From contig NC_009925.1 of NCBI RefSeq assembly GCF_000018105.1, positions 3,990,001 through 4,022,000 on the forward strand: a DNA stretch of 32,000 nt, in the 5' to 3' direction. Below, in pieces: positions 9,226-17,193 of this stretch (its first letter is position 1; every line of letters starts with the position of its first letter). The stretch is from Acaryochloris marina MBIC11017 (GTDB taxonomy: Bacteria; Cyanobacteriota; Cyanobacteriia; Thermosynechococcales; Thermosynechococcaceae). Below the pieces are notes generated by a model. The model had not been told where the DNA came from and did no database searches. It worked only from the letters and a program-made list of their open reading frames with translations. The position numbers and the translations under genes are program-made.

Positions 9226-9522
9226 TTATGACACCGTTCTCAGCTTGGCAATCCACATATCAGATGGATCGCTGTAATAGTCAATTTCATCAATTCGATA
9301 CTCTGACCGTTGACCTGCCTCGGAAATGTGAATCACATCTCCTCTTCGTACGCCTGCCTTACAAGACGTCATAAAGAAACCAGATTGATCAGGGGCTGCT
9401 TCAATGCAAAAATCGCTAGACAAGGCAGAGTGCTCGTAGCGATGAACTCTGCTCTTGCGTGAGCGAACTGGTACATTCCAACGTGGAGATGAGATGGGCT
9501 GGTGGAATTGCGTGAATACCAT
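9226..9522 (-). CDS. Hypothetical 98-aa protein
   Basis: ATG-initiated ORF with ordinary composition, convergent with lexA. Its promoter would lie in the AT-rich spacer. I recognise no motif. Confidence 0.45.
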   Translation of the reverse strand: MVFTQFHQPISSPRWNVPVRSRKSRVHRYEHSALSSDFCIEAAPDQSGFFMTSCKAGVRRGDVIHISEAGQRSEYRIDEIDYYSDPSDMWIAKLRTVS

Positions 9523-10044
9523 TGATAAAAGATCCCCCGAAAACTTAAGTCGGTGTAATATATCTTACATTATCACACTTGTCAGATGATTTTATGGTGA
9601 ATAGTCTGTCTGACTCGACCCAGCGCATTCATAAACAGGCTGGGCTTGCGTGGCTGCTATACCTGCATTGCCAGGCATGAAAGTCTTGTGGGATCGAGAT
9701 ACAGTATGTAGTTGCGGAGACCCGCTTAAAAAAACTGATTAGGGGTAGTATTCATGTTCCTTCGTCTACATCAGACCAATAATCTGAGCCAGACTTTTAC
9801 TAAAACTTATGACTTAATATGACTTTATTGAAGACAGTCATCGTCAGGTCCATGGACTAACAGCTATAAATTCTACGTTTGATATGAGGAGGTACCTGGT
9901 CTATTTAGAGGAACAATTGCTCGTGAAACACTATCTAAAACTTGTGGGAATACACAGCGAACTGATCGTTTGACTGATTTTAAGGGACTGTGACTAGTAT
10001 CACAAACTAGTAAACTCAGTCGTTGTACAGTCAAGTAACCTTAA

Positions 10045-10081
10045 GATTGGACTTAATCTAAGTCCAATCGGCATTATTTTT
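10045..10081 (+). terminator. Terminator-like hairpin inside the gene-free spacer
   Basis: Perfect 11-bp stem GATTGGACTTA / TAAGTCCAATC with a 3-nt loop (10045-10069), followed by GGCATTATTTTT. The U-tract is present only in + orientation. Confidence 0.45.
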
Positions 10082-10274
10082 GGATAAACCAAGAGTCGCC
10101 TTACCACTCATCAGCTGTTAGCAATCTCCTTCAAAAAAGAGTACTGTCAGCAAATTTGGTGTAGAATTGTAAAAAAAAGTAAATAAAGTAAAATATTGCA
10201 TAAATTATTGATGCAATGCAGATTACTTTATAAGTGTGTGCATCTAGCATTTATGTGATTGTTCGGTTCTTTTC

Positions 10275-10505
10275 ATGATTTACAAATTTCTAGAAAAGGA
10301 TCAATTTTCTATTAATACCTTTAGGAAAATAGAGGGATTTGTTAGATCGGTTAAGGTTTATGGCTCTCCTGCAATTGACTTTTTCTCTCAATATTTGGCA
10401 AAAATAATTGCTACTTTACCAGGGCGTTGTATTCTTGAAAATCTAGATTCTAAATATATTAAGCAATTGTTTTTAACGGGAAAACTTAGATCTGAGCAGA
10501 GTTAA
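10275..10505 (+). CDS. Hypothetical 76-aa ORF in very AT-rich DNA (doubtful)
   Basis: It is the only ORF of 60 aa or more in the 1.17 kb spacer. It has no Shine-Dalgarno sequence, a Lys/Ile/Phe-rich composition typical of AT-rich DNA, and no recognisable motif. Confidence 0.2.
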   Translation: MIYKFLEKDQFSINTFRKIEGFVRSVKVYGSPAIDFFSQYLAKIIATLPGRCILENLDSKYIKQLFLTGKLRSEQS

Positions 10506-10693
10506 CAAATTACAAAAATAACTAGCATCAATATTTATTATTTTCTGACGTAATTTTTAAGGGCTAACTTGGGAAAGCTAGTAAGGGGGGGATAGACCAT
10601 CCTAATGTCGGTCTCAATAAAAGTTGGGCAAGCACCTACCCGACTCATAGTTTGTATCTCCAACAAGAGGCTATTCAGAAATAGTCAAAAAAT

Positions 10694-12145
10694 ATGTATA
10701 ATGGCGCCCGCAACTTTATCAATGACACAGCTCCAACTCAAGCAAAAGTGGCTGATCCCCTTTATCTAGTGCCTTCCCTCCCCCAAGGACAACCGGAGTC
10801 TAAGCAAGCTTACTTAATTCTGCAGCGCCTTTTCCCAAATGCAGAATTAAGTAATATTCAAACAACCGTTTTTCTTCAGGCTTGGCAGGGAAAAACTTAT
10901 CAGCAAATAGCTCAGAGTACGGGCTATGATGCGGACTACATCAAGGACGTTGGCCATAAATTATGGCGGAAATTGTCAGAACTCTTGGGAGAGTCTTTAT
11001 CGAAACATAATTTTTGTTCGATTCTCAGGCGTCGATATCAGCAGTTGGAAGATGCTGAATTGGCTCAAGAGTCTCATACCGGCGGCGTGAGGACGATGCA
11101 ATCTCACAAGTCGAAAAAAGGAGCAGGACGTTCATTACCCGTGTGCGATTGGGGTGAGGCTGCGGCTGTACCTGTGTTTGTGGGGCGGCAGTTTGTACTA
11201 ACTCAGCTGAAGCGATGGATTATTGAAGATCATAATCGCCTCATTGGTATTTTCGGTTTGGGTGGCGTGGGTAAAACGGCCCTTGCCGTGAAATGTGTGG
11301 AACAGGTTCAAAGTCTCTTTGACTGCGTTATTTGGCGATCTTTAAGAGATCAGCCGGATTTTGACGCTTTAATGATGGATTTGTTGCAGTCTATTACTGG
11401 CCAAGAAGATCTGGAGTTGCCTGACACGGCTCAAGATAAAGTAACCCTTTTACTTGCCTACTTGAACCAACATCGTTGCCTTTTAGTGTTAGATGATTGG
11501 TTCTCTGTTTTGCAGGGGCATGAGTTAGCAGGTAGCTACCAGGAAGGCTGTGAGACCTATGGTTTACTCCTAAGACGGATTAGTGAAAGTCGCCATAATA
11601 GCTGTGTCTTAATTACGAGCCGAGAACAACCTGCTGGCTTGGCATTTACTGATAATGAAGCGTTTCCAAGTCGAACTTTGTATTTGGATGGACTAGACCA
11701 AGAATCAGGTCAAGAAGCTTTGCAAGCTTTTGGCTTAGAGGCTTCCGATGACTGTTCTGACGTTTTGCTAGAGCGTTATACTGGCAATCCTCTCGCGTTG
11801 CGCATTGCAGTGAAAACCATTGTTGATTTTTTCGCTGGAAATGTTCCTCAATTCCTGGATAGAGATGAATTGATTTATGGGGACATCAGACGGCTGTTGT
11901 TACAGCAATTTGGGCGTCTTTCTAAATTAGAAATGTCTATTATGCAAAGCTTGGCAAGCCTGGATACTCCTGGTTCTTTAGCAGATATTGCGAAGGACAT
12001 CTCCTTAGAGGAAAGCGATTTACTATTAGATGCTTTGGAGTCCTTACATCGCCGTTCTTTTATCTGGAAGCAAAACGGTCGTATTAGCGTTCCTCAGCTC
12101 CTCAAAGAATACATTCGATCATCCAACAGATTAGGGAGAGCTTAA
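10694..12145 (+). CDS. STAND NTPase: N-terminal LuxR/GerE-like HTH + NB-ARC (AP-ATPase) + winged helix, with no C-terminal repeat domain
   Basis: HTH pattern LSNIQTTVFLQAWQGKTYQQIAQSTGYDADYIKDVGHKLWRKL (aa 52-94). Pre-P-loop FVGRQ. P-loop GLGGVGKT (nt 11255-11278). Walker B LLVLDD (11480-11497). VLITSR. NB-ARC GxPLAL motif GNPLAL (11783-11800). C-terminal winged-helix-like LADIAKDISLEESDLLLDALESLHRRSFI. A hairpin follows the stop codon. The start codon is uncertain because a TATAAT overlaps ATG 10694. Confidence 0.85.
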   Translation: MYNGARNFINDTAPTQAKVADPLYLVPSLPQGQPESKQAYLILQRLFPNAELSNIQTTVFLQAWQGKTYQQIAQSTGYDADYIKDVGHKLWRKLSELLGESLSKHNFCSILRRRYQQLEDAELAQESHTGGVRTMQSHKSKKGAGRSLPVCDWGEAAAVPVFVGRQFVLTQLKRWIIEDHNRLIGIFGLGGVGKTALAVKCVEQVQSLFDCVIWRSLRDQPDFDALMMDLLQSITGQEDLELPDTAQDKVTLLLAYLNQHRCLLVLDDWFSVLQGHELAGSYQEGCETYGLLLRRISESRHNSCVLITSREQPAGLAFTDNEAFPSRTLYLDGLDQESGQEALQAFGLEASDDCSDVLLERYTGNPLALRIAVKTIVDFFAGNVPQFLDRDELIYGDIRRLLLQQFGRLSKLEMSIMQSLASLDTPGSLADIAKDISLEESDLLLDALESLHRRSFIWKQNGRISVPQLLKEYIRSSNRLGRA

Positions 12146-12165
12146 AAGCATCCCTGGATAGTTGC

Positions 12166-12211
12166 AGAAATGGTCTTTATCCATTAACGGATGAAGACCA
12201 TTTCTGTTATT
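12166..12211 (+). terminator. Hairpin terminator directly after the STAND gene
   Basis: AGAAATGGTCTT (12166-12177) pairs with AAGACCATTTCT (12194-12205). The loop contains a nested ATCC/GGAT pair and is followed by GTTATT. Confidence 0.55.
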
Positions 12212-12593
12212 AAGGTATCAGCCCTGATCTTTTAGCGTGGGCACGACTGATCTGTATATCTGGCAGGCTTGACATAGTCCCATCTTAAAGAAGATTGGAG
12301 CTGTGTCTCGGTTCTGAAGGCTTCGCATCTGCAGATTCTTCAGCTTGCTGTAGTCTTGCTTAAATGCCCAAGATTGTTGGATAACTTTTAGTCCAAGGGG
12401 GTTAAATCGTCTGAAGATGTGGTCTGTTAGGCGAGAGCTGTTAATACTGATTTCAGCTCTTTAGAACTGATTCAAAAGTGTTGAGAGGTCGTTAGTCGTA
12501 AACGCACAAATAAAGATCGATGTACGCAAGAATGGCCGATCTAGATTTTCCCTCTTGAATTTGCAATAGCCTTGTCAGAGTCATTACCGATGG

Positions 12594-14186
12594 CTAGAGT
12601 TTTGCGAGAATTTTTTTCTTGACGGCCTGATATTTTTGCTTGAGCAGTTGCTTACTATCGACTAAAGTACCTGTCGTAGTGGTTTGCTTAGCAGTAGATA
12701 AACAATCTTTCAGCAGTTTGCATTGCCGCTCTGGAATCTTAATGGTGACGACACTGACGGGTTGACCAGGATTGGATGAATCAAACAACATGAGTAAGTA
12801 GTACCCCATCTCACTCAGCAGTTTAGTGATGTGCTGCCCCCCATTATCCTTTAGATCAACATAACAAGGGAGCCACCGAGGACCTTGCTGGCGATCAAAT
12901 AGAGTAGTGATCCAAAGAATGGCTGGATGAGGAGAAAAGGTACACAGGAAATTACTATGGCGCTTGCTGAGGGAGCGTTGTTCAATTTCTTGTTTGGTTA
13001 ACATCACCCACAAACCGACCGCTTCTTGATCAGAGGATTGAATGGTTTGTGCAAATACAATATTGGCAATCGGTTTATTATCAGGCCAGGATGCTCGCCA
13101 TGCCAGATCCTCGATCGACCAAAAAACAACTTGTGTTTGCTCAGCAACTGTTAAGTTCGCTCGTTGAGTGTGCTGTTGCGGCGTAATCGAGGTTAAGTCG
13201 ATAGAAGCGTTATTGATCAAAGATGGATCTACTCCAGCCCCTTGATGAGTGATGCTTTTCAGCGCTTTGATGATGTCTGTGACCGATTGAGGTCTTTGAG
13301 CGGGAGCTTTGGCTAAGCAACTCATCACTAAGTCTTCGAGAGCCCTAGGAATTTTCAGAGCTGGAGCCACATCCCATAAGCGTTGAGGGTGAAATTTCTG
13401 ATGTGCTTGGGCCCAACTGTCAATGGTGTTGGCAGTAGCCATAATGGGGAAATAGCCAGTGAGGGTTTCGAACATGGTGATTCCCAAACTGTAGATATCA
13501 GAACGGACATCCACAACTGCCCCCGAAAACTGCTCGGGTGAGCCGTAAGCAACGGTTCCGACAAAGGAATGAGAGCGCATATCCTCAGACTGGCTACTGA
13601 GGAAGTCTGCAATTCCGAAGTCTAGGAGCTTTGTCAGCTCGCCTAAACTAGCATCTTTGATCAGAAAAATATTACTAGGCTTGATATCTCGGTGAATAAC
13701 TTGATGTAATTCACCTTCGATATTGATACCTTGATGGGCACACTTCAATCCTGCACAAACTTGGGTCATGATGTGAATGAAGCGATTTAAGGGTAAACGA
13801 CCTGCTTCAATCAGGTCTTCCAAGGTTTGCCCTTGCATAAACTCCATGACGTAGAACGGAACCTGCTCGTCATGTAAGCCGTAATCTAATACCCGCACAA
13901 TATTTAGACTTTGATGACCTAATAAGGCACCAATCCGTGCTTCTCTGGCAAAACGTGATGCGATCGCATCATTGTTGAGGGTATGGGTGAGAAATTTTAC
14001 GGCAACGGTCACGTCACCTAGGAGCTGATCTTGAGCCCGATAGACGCTTCCCATAGCGCCACTGCCCACTAACTCCACTAACTTGTAGCGATCAATTAAG
14101 AGTTGACCAACCTGAATACCTGATTTTTGGCTTGGTGTTGGCGTTGACGATTGATTGAAATTAAAGTACTTGTTGAGCAGCTTCAC
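12594..14186 (-). CDS. Hanks-type Ser/Thr protein kinase with an unassigned C-terminal domain of about 190 aa
   Basis: GSGAMGSVY (Gly loop), VAVKFL (catalytic Lys), HRDIKPSNIF, DFGIA, GTVAYGSPEQ. Residues from about 340 to 530 have no TM segment, no repeats and no motif I recognise. Confidence 0.9.
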   Translation of the reverse strand: MKLLNKYFNFNQSSTPTPSQKSGIQVGQLLIDRYKLVELVGSGAMGSVYRAQDQLLGDVTVAVKFLTHTLNNDAIASRFAREARIGALLGHQSLNIVRVLDYGLHDEQVPFYVMEFMQGQTLEDLIEAGRLPLNRFIHIMTQVCAGLKCAHQGINIEGELHQVIHRDIKPSNIFLIKDASLGELTKLLDFGIADFLSSQSEDMRSHSFVGTVAYGSPEQFSGAVVDVRSDIYSLGITMFETLTGYFPIMATANTIDSWAQAHQKFHPQRLWDVAPALKIPRALEDLVMSCLAKAPAQRPQSVTDIIKALKSITHQGAGVDPSLINNASIDLTSITPQQHTQRANLTVAEQTQVVFWSIEDLAWRASWPDNKPIANIVFAQTIQSSDQEAVGLWVMLTKQEIEQRSLSKRHSNFLCTFSPHPAILWITTLFDRQQGPRWLPCYVDLKDNGGQHITKLLSEMGYYLLMLFDSSNPGQPVSVVTIKIPERQCKLLKDCLSTAKQTTTTGTLVDSKQLLKQKYQAVKKKILAKL

Positions 14187-14350
14187 TGACGGTGTATCCT
14201 CGGTTCTGCGAAAAACCTAGATCGCTTTAACCTTAGTTTGCCCGAAGAACGGGCCGGACCACACAAGTCAGGTGGACGGGGATCACTACCCTATGCAAGG
14301 GTTTTACCAGGAGAATCCCTTGGTTGTGACCACTATATTCGTCTGTTAAG

Positions 14351-14388
14351 GATAAAAACGAGGCGAGCAAGATATCTTGCTCGCCTCG
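14351..14388 (-). terminator. Rho-independent terminator of the DUF4912 gene
   Basis: Perfect 30-bp palindrome CGAGGCGAGCAAGATATCTTGCTCGCCTCG (14359-14388), followed on the minus strand by TTTTTATC. Confidence 0.7.
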
Positions 14389-14423
14389 CATCAGAAGAGG
14401 TTAAGTTTTAAGACAAGAGAGGA

Positions 14424-15704
14424 TTAAACTAACCATTCCAAAACAGCTTCTTCCTTGGTGTTCGTACGGCGCTCAGGAGTTTCCCGAGTGAACTTCATGT
14501 GGATAGAGCGATTTTGCTCACCATCCGCAGCAACAGCCATGATTGGGTAATCAATTAGACCATCTTGGAAAGACATTTGGAATCGGAATGTTCCATCGGG
14601 ATTGAGCTGGATGGGCTGACCGCCAATAGTGACCGTTGCATCGGGTTCAGTGGCACCGTAGACAATTAGCTCTGCATCAGCCACTAACCAGAACTGGCGA
14701 GGCCGTATGGGCGGTGCGGATGCCGAGAAGCCGACTCCAGACATGTTAACGCCAGAAGCCGTTGGGATGGCCCAGAGACCGACTCCAGAAGGAAAGACAT
14801 AGGAGCTCAGGGTCGACTCATGAGCGGGAGCATGCTGCATGGAGCCATACAGAGAACCCGCAACTCGTAATGCTTCGACGCCCTCGGCCATACCGAAGAC
14901 CTGATCATAAATGCTGTTGTCAGGAGCAGGAGCCACAGGCTTCTTCTCTGGGGGCACGAGAGTTGCAATCTGCTTGCCCCGTAGGTCCATATCCCAATCG
15001 ACCGTCACGAACTGATCTTCAACCCAATCGGAAGGATAGGTGGGGGGAACATGTACTGGTACAGAGCGGGCTAAGACTAACCAGCGACCATCGGCACAGC
15101 GATAGCCAATTTCGATGACGTAATCGCGATCGCTCACAGGTAGGGGGAGGTACCATTCCCGGGCTAACTCATCACAGGGATATTCCTGCACACTGTGAGG
15201 GACTTGGTAAGCCAAGTCAATATCCGTGGCATCGTAGAGACGTAATGCGAGCTGTTGTCCGCCCTGATTGCGCAAAATTACCTTATGGTCATGGGGAATA
15301 TCCCAGTAGGTATAAGCCCATTGAGGATCCCTAGGCATCAGGACAATCCGAGTTTCACCGTAGCCCTCGGGTAGGTCATTTATTTCGGTATCAACAGATG
15401 CTAACTCCACAGCGCCTTCTTGCCCCACTTCAAATTTTGCAGCTTCTACCCGTTCCTGATCCGTCACAGCCCCAGAAAATTCAGGGCTAGCTTGGTGATT
15501 CATGGTGGAAGGCACGGATGCGTTTTGCTGGGCGACGCGAATGGACTCGAGCAACTGGTCTTTGCGCATGCGGCTGTAACGTGACACCCCATAACGGCTG
15601 GCGACACGACGAAGTTGACGCAAAGTCATCTGTTCTAAAGGCAATTGATCTGGAGACATATCAGCAGAGACCTCTAAGGGTAACGAACGAGTTGAGAGCG
15701 CCAA
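14424..15704 (-). CDS. Rho_N (SAP-like) + DUF4912-type protein
   Basis: N-terminal LRQLRRVASRYGVSRYSRMRKDQLLESI resembles the Rho N-terminal helical domain. The central RIVLMPRDPQWAYTYWDIP...QLALRLYDATDID matches my memory of the cyanobacterial DUF4912 family. The track start is TTG 15704; ATG 15659 is an alternative. Confidence 0.7.
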   Translation of the reverse strand: MALSTRSLPLEVSADMSPDQLPLEQMTLRQLRRVASRYGVSRYSRMRKDQLLESIRVAQQNASVPSTMNHQASPEFSGAVTDQERVEAAKFEVGQEGAVELASVDTEINDLPEGYGETRIVLMPRDPQWAYTYWDIPHDHKVILRNQGGQQLALRLYDATDIDLAYQVPHSVQEYPCDELAREWYLPLPVSDRDYVIEIGYRCADGRWLVLARSVPVHVPPTYPSDWVEDQFVTVDWDMDLRGKQIATLVPPEKKPVAPAPDNSIYDQVFGMAEGVEALRVAGSLYGSMQHAPAHESTLSSYVFPSGVGLWAIPTASGVNMSGVGFSASAPPIRPRQFWLVADAELIVYGATEPDATVTIGGQPIQLNPDGTFRFQMSFQDGLIDYPIMAVAADGEQNRSIHMKFTRETPERRTNTKEEAVLEWLV

Positions 15705-15846
15705 ACCATAGTTAACCTTGAGTAAATATAACTAGTTGGGGATCGCTTTGTTAACAAATATGTATGAGATCTCTGAGTTCGTCAAGGCGTAAAAGCTAGT
15801 AAAAAAGGCTAGTTTATGGAAAGTAGGTATTTTTGGGGATCTTATA

Positions 15847-15862
15847 GTCATGAATTCATGAC
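15847..15862. promoter_or_regulatory. Perfect 16-bp palindrome in the promoter region of the DUF4912 gene
   Basis: GTCATGAATTCATGAC lies about 145 nt upstream of the gene start and is flanked by four GGGGATC motifs. Confidence 0.25.
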
Positions 15863-16007
15863 ATATTGAGGTCTTAAGGGGATCATCTCTTGGCGAAGGG
15901 GATCAGAGTCGTTATTAGCTCTCACCCAAGAGAGCAGTACACAGTGCAACCGCTGTGTAGTCTCATGACCAACCCCATATGGTTTGAGACGCAGGGGTTT
16001 CTTGCCG

Positions 16008-16586
16008 TTACAACGTAAATGCAGATTCTATATAGTCCAACAACATGAATTGATAGCCTCTCACATGAATAGGCTGGTTGATCTCTACGGTAGTGACTTG
16101 TAAGTCGTCCTGCACATGGACTGTCTTGGAGGGCGAGTTTGAGTTTAAGTTGCACTGTACTAGCGCCACATCGAATTGACAGAATAGCTCCGCTAATTCC
16201 GGGTGCTTTTTCAAGTAAAGTTGAGCGGTTTTCCATAGCTTCTGTTGTTTCTGGGGGGTGATCGCCAAGAGACCATCCGCATCCCAATTTTGAGCCCGAC
16301 GGGTTTTAACTTCTACGAAAGCTAGGCGCGTATTGCTATCTTGGCCAGGAAGGGGAGGGTTGGATCTGGCGATAATATCGATTTCACCCCATCGACAATG
16401 CCAGCGTCTGTCAAGAATGTGCCACTGTTGCTGGGTCAGCCATTGACAGACCAGTTGTTCACCCCACTCCCCCACTTGGAGGTTGCGGGACTGACGATTG
16501 GGACGAGGTGCGGCAGGGGAAGGCATATTTCTTTCAAGCAGCCAAGAGTTCGATAGGATCAATATATGCACTATCGGCTTTATCAT
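16008..16586 (-). CDS. yraN: YraN-family (UPF0102) endonuclease-like protein with a C-terminal extension
   Basis: GEWGEQLVCQWLTQQQWHILDRRWHCRWGEIDIIA...LAFVEVKTRR is the YraN core. The start may be ATG 16526 (MPSPAAP...). Confidence 0.75.
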   Translation of the reverse strand: MIKPIVHILILSNSWLLERNMPSPAAPRPNRQSRNLQVGEWGEQLVCQWLTQQQWHILDRRWHCRWGEIDIIARSNPPLPGQDSNTRLAFVEVKTRRAQNWDADGLLAITPQKQQKLWKTAQLYLKKHPELAELFCQFDVALVQCNLNSNSPSKTVHVQDDLQVTTVEINQPIHVRGYQFMLLDYIESAFTL

Positions 16587-16629
16587 CCTTGATCGCGTCG
16601 TTAATCCCCTGACTTAACCAACAATAATT

Positions 16630-17157
16630 ATGCAAATGAAAGGTTTTAACTTATCCACAGCTTTTCCACAACTGAGACGAATCGTGGGGGCCTGTTTTAT
16701 GGCAATGCTGTTGGTTGGCATCAGTCTATCCAGTTGGCTGCCAACGGCTCAAGCTGATGTCTATAACAAAGAGATATTATTAAATGCCGATTTCTCGAAT
16801 CGCGATTTAACGGACGCTAGCTTTACAAAGGCGGATCTGCGTGGCAGTGATTTTAGTAATAGCGATTTACGAGGGGTGAGTTTTTTTGCAGCTAACCTAG
16901 AGGATGTCAATCTGGAAGGGGCAAATTTGAGTGTTGCGACCTTAGATAGTGCCCGATTTGCTCGGGCTAATCTCACCAATGCCAATCTAGAAGGGGCGTT
17001 TGCGTTTAATACGGAATTTCGTCGAGCAATTATCGATGGTGCTGATTTTACAGATGTCGATTTGCGTGATGACACTCTGGAGATACTCTGTGCAGCGGCC
17101 CAAGGTACGAATCCCGTGACGGGGCGGAATACTCGGGATACGTTGTATTGTGAGTAG
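16630..17157 (+). CDS. Pentapeptide repeat protein with signal peptide (thylakoid-lumen type)
   Basis: N-terminal hydrophobic signal ending AQA, then A(D/N)LxG-type pentapeptide runs (ADLRGSDFSNSDLRGVSFFAANLEDVNLEGANLSVATL...). Confidence 0.85.
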   Translation: MQMKGFNLSTAFPQLRRIVGACFMAMLLVGISLSSWLPTAQADVYNKEILLNADFSNRDLTDASFTKADLRGSDFSNSDLRGVSFFAANLEDVNLEGANLSVATLDSARFARANLTNANLEGAFAFNTEFRRAIIDGADFTDVDLRDDTLEILCAAAQGTNPVTGRNTRDTLYCE

Positions 17158-17193
17158 ACCAGTTTTGCTGAGAAGCTTTTGGAAAGGGGCTGT

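Noticed and set aside
9884-9973. 29-aa ORF (MRRYLVYLEEQLLVKHYLKLVGIHSELIV) upstream of the spacer hairpin
   Set aside because: It is too short, has no upstream ribosome-binding site and has no conservation evidence available. I mention it only as a possible cargo of the putative transcript ending at about 10081.
8830-13960. A 5.1 kb stretch without HIP1 (GCGATCGC) as evidence for foreign origin of the STAND block
   Set aside because: A similar HIP1-free gap (23811-29114) covers clearly native genes (nadB, psbU, fcl). With about 13 copies in 32 kb the gap is not statistically informative.
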